The notes below the pieces were generated by a model that was given only the letters and a program-made list of their open reading frames with translations, did not search any database and was not told the DNA's origin. This document shows positions 35,323 through 44,660 of a stretch of 64,000 nucleotides of DNA, in pieces; the stretch's first letter is position 1, and every line of letters begins with the position of its first letter. The position numbers and the translations under genes are program-made. This DNA is from Anaerolineae bacterium (GTDB lineage: Bacteria; Chloroflexota; Anaerolineae; Aggregatilineales; J027): assembly GCA_021463865.1 (NCBI GenBank), contig JAJTXY010000017.1:20635-84634 (forward strand), in the 5' to 3' direction.

Positions 35323-37734
35323 TTATTTGTTCCGTTCTATTTTTTCGACCTTATCCGCTTTTTCAGCCATACTCCATTTTTTAAGCAATTCGATCTCACG
35401 AGTTTCCAATTTGATCTTACCAGTTTCTTCTGCCACATCCGGCATTTCAAGGGTCACAGGTGAGGTCAGCGGCAGCGACATTTCCACAATCGTGCCCTGC
35501 CCTGCAATGCTTTCGAGCGTCATTTCACCGCCATGTGTCCGCACAATTTTGCGCGAAAGATAAAGTCCTTGTCCCGTCCCCGGCGTTTCAATCACTTTGC
35601 CATCCGGCAGGGTCGGGGTTCCACGATAAAACCGTTGGAAGATATTCGGCAGGTCTTGTGCCAAAATACCGACCCCTTGATCTTCCACTCGAATCAGCGC
35701 GGTGCTTTTTTCAGCCTGTTCAATCGCCGTGATCTGAATGGTGCTGTTGGGTGGGGAATACTTAATCGCATTATCCACCACATTTCCGATGGCCCAACGC
35801 AGTCGGCGCTCATCCCCCAAGACATAACATGCCTCAGTCGGTAGTTTAACTTCTAGCAATACCTCGGCTGCGGCTGCGGACTTCTTCCATTGTGCCGCCA
35901 CCCGCCAGATCAAATCACTCAACAAAATAGCCTTTTGCCCACGCTCCAAATCCTGCCGATTAATCGTATTCAACTCACGTAGTTCGGCAATAATTCGCTG
36001 CATAGCCCGAGCGTTCCGTGCAATTTCACGCGCAAACAACATCAGGGAATCACTGGTCGGGGTTCCGCGCAAATCCACCGCTCGCAAAGCCGCATCTTGG
36101 GCCACATGGGATACGGGCAGATGAATTTCATCGGATAATTTCTCAACCAATTCTTCATGCCGCTGTTCACGCCGTACCGTCTCGGTAATATCCCGTAGCG
36201 TAACCAATTTTCCAAGCCGCCCCCCGGTCACCGTCACAATCGCCGCGACTTGAGCCTCCAAAATGCGGTCTTGATGCAGCACAGGGACGGGCTGCCCCAT
36301 CGCATATAATCCCGGTGCAAGGGCAGGCCCCAGCGTTTCGGTGGTTGCCGCCGTCAATTGCTGAAACGATGCCGAGCGTAACGTTCGGATGCCGCCAATC
36401 AGATTACGTGCCTGCGTATTCATCATCAACACCCGACCATCACTATCTAAGACGATCAGGCCATCCGGCAAACTTTCCAAAATCGCGGCCAGTCGATAAT
36501 TTTCACGTCGTTCGCGCCGCAGACTCTTGACCATCAAATCGTTCTGCTGCCCCATCACATCCGCAAAATGGTCGAGCGCCCCACCCAACACCCCGATTTC
36601 ATCATTGGCACGCAAACGGCTTCGGGCATCCAATTGACCTGCCGCCAACGCCTCTGCTGTCCGCCGAACGCGATTGACACGGCTCAACAGACGCACGGTA
36701 AATAGATAGAAAATAATCAAAATCGCTGCCGTCAAGGTTGCAAAGGTTAGGCTGGTCAATTGACGGGCCATATCACCGTTGTATGCCACATAGGTCGGTT
36801 GATAAATCCCCAGTACCCCAATCGGTTGTGTATCTACGGTAAAGGGGATATACGCCACCTGATAACGCTCGCCATCAAGCGTGATATTTTCTGTTGGCAC
36901 TTGCCCCACCAAGCCCAATGTCTGGTTCACCGTTTCCAGTGGCAAATGAAGCGCATTCAAAACCGCCTCATTATCTGGCAAGGTAGTACGCAGCAAACGA
37001 CCATCCCCTGCGAACACCGTCAAGTTCTCGGTTGAGGGGTTATCCAGCAAAGCCAACACATGGTCAAGCCGTCGCCCCACCGTCACAATCCCCATCATCT
37101 GGTCAGTCGGGCTAAAAATCGGCCCACTCGTCACCAGCATCACGCCTTGCCCGGTCTGTACAAAACCACTGCGCGGCTGCTGGCTCATGGCTTGAAAAAT
37201 GGGTTCAAGGCTGGAAACATCGCTCTTTTCCGCAACAGTATAATCCACCAGCCCGTCCATTTCGACGCGCTGTAGGCTGAGGATTTCTTGGGAATCTGCT
37301 CCGGTCACGATCACGAGGTCTAAAGCTGCCAGTTCGGCAAGGGGTTCAATCAAGGTTTGTAATATTGGGCCATTCTGTGCGGCGACATTTTCCCGTACCC
37401 CGCTGGTAAACGTGATACGGCGGATTTCTTCTCGCATCTCCACCCCAATTTGGGCGGTTTGGGCGGAGAGGGTCTGGCTTCGCACCAGCACATCCCGCAC
37501 CTCGTCGTCCTCCTGTGTGCGCATGAGATTTTGTGATACCAGATAAGCTCCGGTGGTCACAATGACCAGCATCACGGCAAACAGGGGGACGAGCAAACGG
37601 GTGCGTAAACTCACATAATCGGCAGATGGCTGGATCGGCTTGGCGCGAAAAGGAATAATGGGCGTGGTCGTTTCATTCTCAAAATCACGCGCGACCACGA
37701 TTGATTTATTTTTTCGCCCCATAGATTGCCCCAC
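35323..37734 (-). CDS. Membrane sensor histidine-kinase-like protein (extracytoplasmic sensor, HAMP, PAS, HATPase_c) with atypical H-box
   Basis: 803 aa. Two TM helices flank a ~280-aa sensor domain. HAMP-like region RVRRTAEALAAGQLDARS. The N box VVDNAIKYS, G1 box EDQGVGI and G2 box GTGQGLYLSRKIV are intact. The H-box position reads KLSDEIHLPVSHV. Confidence 0.8.
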   Translation of the reverse strand: MGQSMGRKNKSIVVARDFENETTTPIIPFRAKPIQPSADYVSLRTRLLVPLFAVMLVIVTTGAYLVSQNLMRTQEDDEVRDVLVRSQTLSAQTAQIGVEMREEIRRITFTSGVRENVAAQNGPILQTLIEPLAELAALDLVIVTGADSQEILSLQRVEMDGLVDYTVAEKSDVSSLEPIFQAMSQQPRSGFVQTGQGVMLVTSGPIFSPTDQMMGIVTVGRRLDHVLALLDNPSTENLTVFAGDGRLLRTTLPDNEAVLNALHLPLETVNQTLGLVGQVPTENITLDGERYQVAYIPFTVDTQPIGVLGIYQPTYVAYNGDMARQLTSLTFATLTAAILIIFYLFTVRLLSRVNRVRRTAEALAAGQLDARSRLRANDEIGVLGGALDHFADVMGQQNDLMVKSLRRERRENYRLAAILESLPDGLIVLDSDGRVLMMNTQARNLIGGIRTLRSASFQQLTAATTETLGPALAPGLYAMGQPVPVLHQDRILEAQVAAIVTVTGGRLGKLVTLRDITETVRREQRHEELVEKLSDEIHLPVSHVAQDAALRAVDLRGTPTSDSLMLFAREIARNARAMQRIIAELRELNTINRQDLERGQKAILLSDLIWRVAAQWKKSAAAAEVLLEVKLPTEACYVLGDERRLRWAIGNVVDNAIKYSPPNSTIQITAIEQAEKSTALIRVEDQGVGILAQDLPNIFQRFYRGTPTLPDGKVIETPGTGQGLYLSRKIVRTHGGEMTLESIAGQGTIVEMSLPLTSPVTLEMPDVAEETGKIKLETREIELLKKWSMAEKADKVEKIERNK

Positions 37735-37803
37735 AGAACAATTGTGCTTACCTTAAAGAATGCCCCAAGAGGCATCGGATTGCAAGTCACCCAACAACAT
37801 TCT

Positions 37804-37837
37804 AACCAATAGGTTTCCCATATGAAACTAATTGGTT
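37804..37837. promoter_or_regulatory. 34-bp imperfect palindrome in the divergent kinase/peptidase intergenic region
   Basis: AACCAATAGGTTTCCCATATGAAACTAATTGGTT. The outer arms AACCAAT/ATTGGTT and inner arms GTTTC/GAAAC pair. It could be an operator or an RNA hairpin. Confidence 0.3.
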
Positions 37838-37897
37838 ACTCTCTACGTCCTTTATAGTGAGAAATGCAATGGATAGAGTTTTCAAACAAGGATCATT

Positions 37898-39241
37898 ATG
37901 CGCTCAAATCAACTCCCTACACGTTTCGGTCTTATCGCCATTACCCTGAGTGTGGTATTGGTGACAATTATGCTCAGTACCGTCGGTCTACAAGCGACGG
38001 CTCAATCTGGCCCAACTTCTACTCCTACCCCCAGCGGCGCTGGAACAACCGCCCTCATCGCGGATGATGCCAATCCGTATGATGAACCCGCCGAATATAC
38101 TGGCGACGCGGAATGGACACTCACCGATCTGACCTTCCAAAGCAATTATCCCAATGGCTTTGAATTCCACGCCAAACCCACCAGCACCAAAGGTACAGTC
38201 GTATCCGCCTCCGTCCAGTGGTCACACAATCCCCATGCAGATCGGGCACGCGCCATCGGTGAGGTAGACGCCAATGGCATCGCCACCGCCATCTGGGACG
38301 CCACCAGCAACCGCGTTCCCCCATGGGTCGCCGTCAATTATCGCTGGTCATTTACCGATAGCGCAGGCAATAGCTATCAAACCGAGTGGATTTTGGGCGC
38401 GGAATATGAAGACACCACCCGCCAATGGACACGCGCCGAGTCTGAGGACATTATCGTGTTTATTGAAGACGGCCTCACTCAAGAAGTGATTGATATGACC
38501 TTCGACGCAATGGAGCAGCGCCGTCCCGATTTTATCGCCCTATTTGGTCGTCAACTCGCCTACAAACCGCGTGCTATCCTCTTCTTCGATTACGACACAT
38601 TCCTAGAATGGCGCGGCGTCACGGTCAACACCAACAACACCATCCTCGCAGGTCAGACCACCGATTATTGGGGCGCGACGGTGCAAGCCTTCCTGTTTGG
38701 GGATTTGGAAGAAACGACCTATGGCACTGTCCCGCACGAAATCGCCCATCTCTATCAGGCCGACCTCTATGATTTCCGTGCGCCGGGGTGGTGGATTGAA
38801 GGCAACGCGACCTACTTTGAAATCTCCAAAGGCTACGATTATGAGCAGCGGGTGCGTGACCTTGCCTTCTTCTATGACATCCCCCCACTGCTGCAAGGAC
38901 TTGGCCCCGTCCCCAACGACCTCGGCCCGGATGAACGTGGACGCTTGGGCTATGACATGGGTTACACCTTCAACGAGTGGCTGATTGATAACTATGGCCC
39001 GGAAGCCCATTTGAAAATCGTGCAATTGCTCGAAGAAGGCGTCTATCGCAATGAATCCGACGAATTTAATGTGATCTTGGAGCAGGTAACGGGTCTGTCC
39101 ATTGCCGAAATTGAACGACGTTGGCGCACATGGCTCGGTGCATCTCCCGAAGCCCCCACTCTGATTCCAACACCCACCATCGAGATGCGCTTCCCACCCA
39201 CTGTGACACCCTTTATCTTCCCCACCGCTGCAAGCCAGTAA
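37898..39241 (+). CDS. Secreted or membrane-anchored gluzincin-type (peptidase MA-like) metalloprotease candidate
   Basis: 447 aa with an N-terminal TM/signal segment (LIAITLSVVLVTIMLSTVGL). HEIAHLYQADLYDFRAPGWWIEGNATYFE is an HExxH motif with a downstream Glu in a WxxEG context, as in MA-clan enzymes. Confidence 0.55.
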   Translation: MRSNQLPTRFGLIAITLSVVLVTIMLSTVGLQATAQSGPTSTPTPSGAGTTALIADDANPYDEPAEYTGDAEWTLTDLTFQSNYPNGFEFHAKPTSTKGTVVSASVQWSHNPHADRARAIGEVDANGIATAIWDATSNRVPPWVAVNYRWSFTDSAGNSYQTEWILGAEYEDTTRQWTRAESEDIIVFIEDGLTQEVIDMTFDAMEQRRPDFIALFGRQLAYKPRAILFFDYDTFLEWRGVTVNTNNTILAGQTTDYWGATVQAFLFGDLEETTYGTVPHEIAHLYQADLYDFRAPGWWIEGNATYFEISKGYDYEQRVRDLAFFYDIPPLLQGLGPVPNDLGPDERGRLGYDMGYTFNEWLIDNYGPEAHLKIVQLLEEGVYRNESDEFNVILEQVTGLSIAEIERRWRTWLGASPEAPTLIPTPTIEMRFPPTVTPFIFPTAASQ

Positions 39242-39277
39242 TTTCCACTAGGGGTGTAGCATCGCGGTGATATACCC

Positions 39278-39817
39278 CTATCCCAATTCATTCTCATCGT
39301 CATATTCGTCAGACTCTTCATCAAATTCCTCGAGCGGGGACTTCTGTAAATTGTAAGTTCCCAGTAATGCCGCCAGCAACATGACAAACGCACCACCAAA
39401 CAACAAATACCATCCCCAGCTGGGAACCACTCGAAAGCCAACGTTGTCATCTTTATAGTTAAATTGATAAAGATAAAAATATACGTTTGCCACCAACCCG
39501 ATGTTTGTGAGTGCAACAATCCAAAGGCTCATTGCTTCCTTTGGCCTCGCAATCAGAACAATGAGGGTAACTATTCCACCAACTAATATATTCACCCCCA
39601 TGAAATTCAGCGCGATCCCCTCCGCAAAACTATGCCGTGTATCTTTCTCATATACCCAAAAATCAAACAAGGCACCCTCGTTTATGTCACCTTTACAGGT
39701 ATCTACTTCCCTATAACCAGACTGAGGTTCAAATTCATAACAGCTTGAAGAAATAAAAACCCCTGTCACCATAATCACGAGTCCGATAAACAAAATGATG
39801 AAAGGCCATTTGCCCAT
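39278..39817 (-). CDS. Hypothetical multi-TM membrane protein with acidic C-terminal tail
   Basis: Start taken at MGKWPFIILFIGLVIM (ATG at 39817). Four to five TM segments. The tail is EEFDEESDEYDDENELG. The gene is visibly more AT-rich than its neighbours. Confidence 0.5.
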   Translation of the reverse strand: MGKWPFIILFIGLVIMVTGVFISSSCYEFEPQSGYREVDTCKGDINEGALFDFWVYEKDTRHSFAEGIALNFMGVNILVGGIVTLIVLIARPKEAMSLWIVALTNIGLVANVYFYLYQFNYKDDNVGFRVVPSWGWYLLFGGAFVMLLAALLGTYNLQKSPLEEFDEESDEYDDENELG

Positions 39818-39979
39818 TGCAATCCCTCCAAAAGTTTTACTTGAGACGAGTATATTACGATTCTGCGAATCCCACTTGGAATTTGCATTCCGCGCCAATC
39901 TGATGCACTATATCCCCTGCCGTAGAGCATTACTATCAAAAAATTACCCGCTAGGATTTTTAGGAGCTTTTGACGCGCC

Positions 39980-41881
39980 ATGAGCGACTTTAACATCAAC
40001 ACCCATGAGTGGTATCATCCTGCCCCTTCTATCGTTGAAAACGCCCATATTCGTGATTACGAAGAAGTCTATAAACGTGCTGCCGCCGACCCTGAAGCGT
40101 TTTGGGCCGAACGCGCCAGTGAACTCCATTGGTTCGCCCCATGGGAAAAAGTCCTCGACACCACCAATGCTCCCTTTTTTAAATGGTTCGTGGGTGGCAA
40201 AACCAATATTGCCTATAACGCGCTTGATCGCCACGTCAAAACATGGCGCAAAAATAAACTGGCCCTCATTTGGGAAGGCGAACCCGGCGACCAGCATACC
40301 TACAGCTATTGGCGCTTGTGGCAAGAAACCAATAAATTCGCCAATGTCCTCCGCAGCATGGGCGTTCGCAAAGGGGATCGGGTCACCATTTACATGGGGC
40401 GTGTGCCCGAATTGGTCATAGCGATGCTTGCCTGTGCCAAAATCGGCGCGATTCACTCGGTCGTCTATGGCGGTTTCAGCGAACATGCCCTTGCGGATCG
40501 TATCGAAGACGCCCAAAGCCGCGTGGTCGTGACCCAAGATGGCTCATGGCTGCGCGGTCAAATTGTCGAACTGAAAAAAGTGGTGGATGAAGCGGTTCAT
40601 CGTCAGCCCATTGTCGAAACGGTGATTGTCTTTAAGCGCACCGGACACGGCGTCAAAATGGAGCAGGGCCGCGATTATTGGTGGCATGACCTGATGGGCC
40701 TGCCCATCGCCAGCCCTCAATGTGAAACCGAAGTCATGGACGCCGAAGACCCCCTGTTTATCCTCTACACCAGTGGTACAACGGGCAAACCTAAAGGCGT
40801 CTTACACACACATGGCGGCTATCAGGTCTATACCAGCACGACGCTTAAATGGGTTTTTGACGTGAATGATGATGATCGTTATTGGTGCGCCGCCGACCCC
40901 GGTTGGATTACCGGACACAGTTATATCGTCTATGCCCCACTGATTTTAGGCGCGACAGGTTTCCTGTACGAAGGCGCTCCCAATCATCCCTATCCCAATC
41001 GTTGGTGGAAGATGATTGAATATTACGGCATCAGCATCCTCTACACCGCCCCCACCGCCATTCGGGGGTTGATGCGTTTTGGTGAAGCATGGCCCAATCG
41101 CCATAACCTCAGTAGTTTGCGTTTGCTTGGCTCGGTGGGTGAACCCATCAACCCCGAAGCGTGGAAATGGTATCATCGTGTCATCGGCAAGGAACGCTGC
41201 CCCATTATGGATACATGGTGGCAGACCGAAACAGGTGGTTTTATGATTACCCCCTTACCATCGGTTGGTCTCAAACCCGGTAGCGCCACCCGCCCCTTCC
41301 CCGGTATCGAAATTGATATTGTGGATGATAACGGTAATCCTTGTCCGCCCGGTGTGGACGGTAAGCTGGTTATCAAGAAACCGTGGCCCAGCATGTTGCG
41401 TACCGTTTATGGCGATGACCAGCGTTACGTGGATCAATATTGGAAAGCCTATGCCAAACAGGGTTGGTATCTGGCAGGTGATTCGGCCCGTTTTGACGAA
41501 GATGGCTATGTCTGGATTATTGGCCGCATTGACGACGTGATCAAAGTCAGTGGTTATCGTCTAGGCACTGCCGAAATTGAATCAGGCTTGGTCAGTCACG
41601 CCGCCGTATCCGAAGCCGCTGTTATTGGTGTACCCGATGAAATTAAAGGCAGCGTCATTTATGCCTATTGCATTCTGCGGCAGGGCTGGGAAGCCAACGC
41701 CGAATTGGTGGATAAACTAAAAGAACATATCCGTCACGAAGTTGGCCCGATTGCTGTCCCAAGCAAAATCGAATTTGTGGATAAACTTCCCAAGACCCGC
41801 AGCGGTAAAATTATGCGGCGTGTGTTAAAAGCACAGGCACAAGGTTTGCCGTTAGGCGATTTGAGTACACTTGAGGAATAA
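39980..41881 (+). CDS. acs: Acetyl-CoA synthetase (acetate--CoA ligase)
   Basis: 633 aa. Motifs [56 protein letters not shown] and [12 protein letters not shown]. Confidence 0.92.
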   Translation: MSDFNINTHEWYHPAPSIVENAHIRDYEEVYKRAAADPEAFWAERASELHWFAPWEKVLDTTNAPFFKWFVGGKTNIAYNALDRHVKTWRKNKLALIWEGEPGDQHTYSYWRLWQETNKFANVLRSMGVRKGDRVTIYMGRVPELVIAMLACAKIGAIHSVVYGGFSEHALADRIEDAQSRVVVTQDGSWLRGQIVELKKVVDEAVHRQPIVETVIVFKRTGHGVKMEQGRDYWWHDLMGLPIASPQCETEVMDAEDPLFILYTSGTTGKPKGVLHTHGGYQVYTSTTLKWVFDVNDDDRYWCAADPGWITGHSYIVYAPLILGATGFLYEGAPNHPYPNRWWKMIEYYGISILYTAPTAIRGLMRFGEAWPNRHNLSSLRLLGSVGEPINPEAWKWYHRVIGKERCPIMDTWWQTETGGFMITPLPSVGLKPGSATRPFPGIEIDIVDDNGNPCPPGVDGKLVIKKPWPSMLRTVYGDDQRYVDQYWKAYAKQGWYLAGDSARFDEDGYVWIIGRIDDVIKVSGYRLGTAEIESGLVSHAAVSEAAVIGVPDEIKGSVIYAYCILRQGWEANAELVDKLKEHIRHEVGPIAVPSKIEFVDKLPKTRSGKIMRRVLKAQAQGLPLGDLSTLEE

Positions 41882-41887
41882 ACCAAC

Positions 41888-42448
41888 ATGCAAGACCCAA
41901 ATCGGGGACGGCGAACAACCCGTTCCCCCAAATCTTCTCCACCAGCCAAACAGTCGTATCGTGACCCACGCCGCGACGAAGCACCAGACGAATATGACGA
42001 TCCGCGCTATGAACGTTATAGCGACAGTGAGCCAAGCCCAGCTCGTAAGAGAGGTGGTTTCAGCATCAATTGGCAGGATATTCTGTTTGTTGGGCTACTC
42101 GTTTTGGCAGCGGCACGCGGGGCAAGAAACAAGGACGGCGATGGTTGCCTCCCCGGTAAGGGCTGCCAACGGGTAACACTTTTGCTCGTCACCAGTGCCG
42201 CACTTATCGGCGGTGCGATCTACCTTTCCAGCATTGACCAAAACACCTTTAGCAATCAGTTCATCGGCGGGATGGCCTGCGTTGGCACGTTGTTATGTTT
42301 TGCAAGTGCGGGCGCCATGTTACTTGTCCTATTTGGCATCGTGCGTCTCGTCAATCTTGACCTCACACCAGACAATGCCATGAATGAAGCGGGTGGACTC
42401 TTGGGCAATATCTTTGGCGGCATTTTGGGTGATGGCAGAAAACGTTAA
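41888..42448 (+). CDS. Hypothetical membrane protein with disordered basic/acidic N-terminus
   Basis: 186 aa starting 6 nt after the acs stop. Three hydrophobic helices follow a ~60-aa R/D/P-rich region. I recognise no family. Confidence 0.4.
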   Translation: MQDPNRGRRTTRSPKSSPPAKQSYRDPRRDEAPDEYDDPRYERYSDSEPSPARKRGGFSINWQDILFVGLLVLAAARGARNKDGDGCLPGKGCQRVTLLLVTSAALIGGAIYLSSIDQNTFSNQFIGGMACVGTLLCFASAGAMLLVLFGIVRLVNLDLTPDNAMNEAGGLLGNIFGGILGDGRKR

Positions 42449-42548
42449 TCTGTGATTTTGGAACACAATACCAAAAGAAGCGACGGATTTCCTTGCATCA
42501 GTTTCTTGCAGGTGAATTGCCTCTTGCGTGCGTTTTTCCACTCCTTAA

Positions 42549-43874
42549 GTGGAAAAATACGAGATGCCTCGCCAACTTGAGGAGTCACAGCTAGTGGAAG
42601 ATAATCCAGCTACTGCCCTGTTTCTCGTACTCGGTATCATGATTATCGCCTCCCGTATTGGGGGTACACTGACTCGCCGATTCCGTCAACCCCGTGTCTT
42701 GGGCGAGTTGATTGTCGGCATTTTGCTTGGCCCGACCCTGCTCGACCTCCTCCATCTAAATCTATTCGGTCTAAAACAGGCCGAACTCAGCGAGACTATT
42801 CATCAACTCGCTGAGTTGGGTGTACTACTGCTAATGTTCAAAGTGGGCTTAGATGTCCATTTAAAGGAACTTGCCATAGTTGGTAATGTGGCAACTGTGG
42901 CGGGTTTGGTTGGCGCAATTCTCCCTGTTTTGATGACTCTACCATTAGCAATGGCATTTGGTGAAAAATGGCAAGTTGCCCTACTTGCGGGGGTTGTGTT
43001 ATCCGCCACTTCGGTGAGCATTTCAGCACAGGTACTGCTCGAAATCGGCATCCTACGTACCAAAGAAGGTAATGCCCTGCTTGCGGCAGCATTGGTAGAT
43101 GATATAGTCGCTATTCTGCTGGTATCATTGGCAATCCCCATCACCAGTGGCGGGCAAATCCATGCGGTAGAATTGGCCGAAATCATACTACGCATGGTGC
43201 TTTATCTAGTGAGTGCTTTGGTCGTAGCATGGTTCAGTATCGCCCGTCTCATCAACTGGCTCAATCAATGGCCGGACATCAAAGCGTCGTATGGGATACC
43301 AGCTATCGCATTGGTTTTGGCACTCTTTTTTGGCTGGTCAGCGGCCTATTGGGGGGGAGTCGCAAGCATCACCGGGGCATTTATCGCTGGTTTAGGCCTT
43401 AGTCGCGCCCATGAAAGCATCAAGCATCAGATAGATGTCGCTATCACCAACATCGCCTATGCCTTTTTAGTACCCGTCTTTTTTATCAGCGTTGGCCTTC
43501 AAACCGATCTCAGCGCCTTTCCATTGAGCGCCCTCCCCTTTGCCATCCTACTTTTAATCGTAGCTGTTGCCTCCAAAGTCTTGGGTTGCGGCGTCGGGGC
43601 GAACCGGACAGGGTTCACACGCAAAGAATCTCTGCGATTAGGGGTATGCATGGTTTCACGTGGCGAGGTCGGCCTGATTATCGCTTCACTAGGTCTAAGC
43701 AGTGGGGTTTTTATCGCTGATGATCCACTGTTTGCATCGCTATTTTTGGTAATTATACTGACAACTATCATGACGCCCCCGCTGGTGCGTCGCTCTTTTC
43801 ACGAATCCGCACCCGTTCGAGAGGTCAATCGAAAATATGTCCAAACTGGTAGTTCTGATTACCGCCCGGATTGA
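42549..43874 (+). CDS. Cation:proton antiporter (CPA2-type Na+/H+ or K+/H+ exchanger), no fused KTN/TrkA domain
   Basis: 441 aa with a GTG start (an alternative ATG lies at 42564). It has the typical Na_H_Exchanger layout (RQPRVLGELIVGILLGPTLL...) and about 12 TM segments. It ends shortly after the last TM. Confidence 0.8.
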   Translation: MEKYEMPRQLEESQLVEDNPATALFLVLGIMIIASRIGGTLTRRFRQPRVLGELIVGILLGPTLLDLLHLNLFGLKQAELSETIHQLAELGVLLLMFKVGLDVHLKELAIVGNVATVAGLVGAILPVLMTLPLAMAFGEKWQVALLAGVVLSATSVSISAQVLLEIGILRTKEGNALLAAALVDDIVAILLVSLAIPITSGGQIHAVELAEIILRMVLYLVSALVVAWFSIARLINWLNQWPDIKASYGIPAIALVLALFFGWSAAYWGGVASITGAFIAGLGLSRAHESIKHQIDVAITNIAYAFLVPVFFISVGLQTDLSAFPLSALPFAILLLIVAVASKVLGCGVGANRTGFTRKESLRLGVCMVSRGEVGLIIASLGLSSGVFIADDPLFASLFLVIILTTIMTPPLVRRSFHESAPVREVNRKYVQTGSSDYRPD

Positions 43875-44190
43875 AGCAGGTCACACGGTTGGGGAGGCAT
43901 GGCAACAAGCAGGTGCGCCGGGCGTGACACTCATCGAGGGTCACGGTTTGCGCCGACTCCAAGAAGCCACCCAGCACACCGAAATTCTATCTGGTACATT
44001 TGCACTCCTAGAGGTCTTTAAACAGGTAGACATCAGCAGCCTGATTATTTTTACAGTGCTGGATGAGGATGAGTTTGTAGATCGTATCCTTGACGCCACC
44101 GAAAAAATTCTTGGTGATCTGCGTCAGGCCAATAATGGTATCGCCTTCGTTATCAATTTGGAACGCACTGTCGGGATCAATCGCTACTGA
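43837..44190 (+). CDS. PII-like (GlnB-fold) small signalling protein candidate
   Basis: 117 aa. The ATG lies 38 nt inside the antiporter's 3' end. The pattern KLVVLITA-(helix)-GAPGVTLIEGHGL...SLIIFTVLDEDEFVDRILDATEKIL...GIAFVINLE fits the beta-alpha-beta x2 PII architecture. Confidence 0.5.
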   Translation: MSKLVVLITARIEAGHTVGEAWQQAGAPGVTLIEGHGLRRLQEATQHTEILSGTFALLEVFKQVDISSLIIFTVLDEDEFVDRILDATEKILGDLRQANNGIAFVINLERTVGINRY

Positions 44191-44242
44191 AAATGGGAAT
44201 CGTAAATTAGTTATATAACCCACCCTTATGATCCGATCACAG

Positions 44243-44270
44243 ACAACCTCTCACTAGGTTGTTTTTATTT
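44243..44270 (+). terminator. Rho-independent terminator after the antiporter/PII-like pair
   Basis: ACAACCT (44243-44249) pairs with AGGTTGT (44256-44262), followed by TTTTTATTT. Confidence 0.7.
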
Positions 44271-44414
44271 CCCCTGCCCATTGATATGCATCACAAATAG
44301 CAAAATCCTTTAATTCCACACCCAAAGAGCCTATTGTCTTAAAAATTGAATCTGAAACCTCCCATATCTTTACAAATAAAAGTACACTGTTACCTTTTCA
44401 ATCGCATGATCTTC

Positions 44415-44430
44415 AATGTTGATCAACATT
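44415..44430. promoter_or_regulatory. Perfect 16-bp palindrome (candidate operator) in the AT-rich leader of the ArsB/NhaD-type permease gene
   Basis: AATGTTGATCAACATT equals its own reverse complement and is centred on GATC. A TTGACA hexamer lies at 44442-44447. Confidence 0.4.
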
Positions 44431-44660
44431 ATTTGTGTATATTGACAAATCAAGTATAGGCCATTTGTGCATCTTGCCAAACAATGATTTTTTAAATTTC
44501 TTTACCATGTTTCTATCAAAAAAAATTAACACCTTGAGCCATCAGCGCCAAACAAAGTTATTTGGTTGAAAGATCATTTTAGGCGCTCACCCAAAGCTAT
44601 ACTGTCGTACCCATTCCTCTGTGAAATTGCTGACCGATCAACATAGTAAGGTGGAGCCAT

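Noticed and set aside
39944-40537. A 197-aa minus-strand ORF overlapping the acs 5' region.
   Set aside because: It is antisense to acetyl-CoA synthetase and has no motif support.
41871-42176. A 101-aa ORF in an alternative frame overlapping the 41888-42448 ORF.
   Set aside because: The 186-aa frame contains coherent TM helices and starts right after acs. The alternative frame has no distinguishing features.
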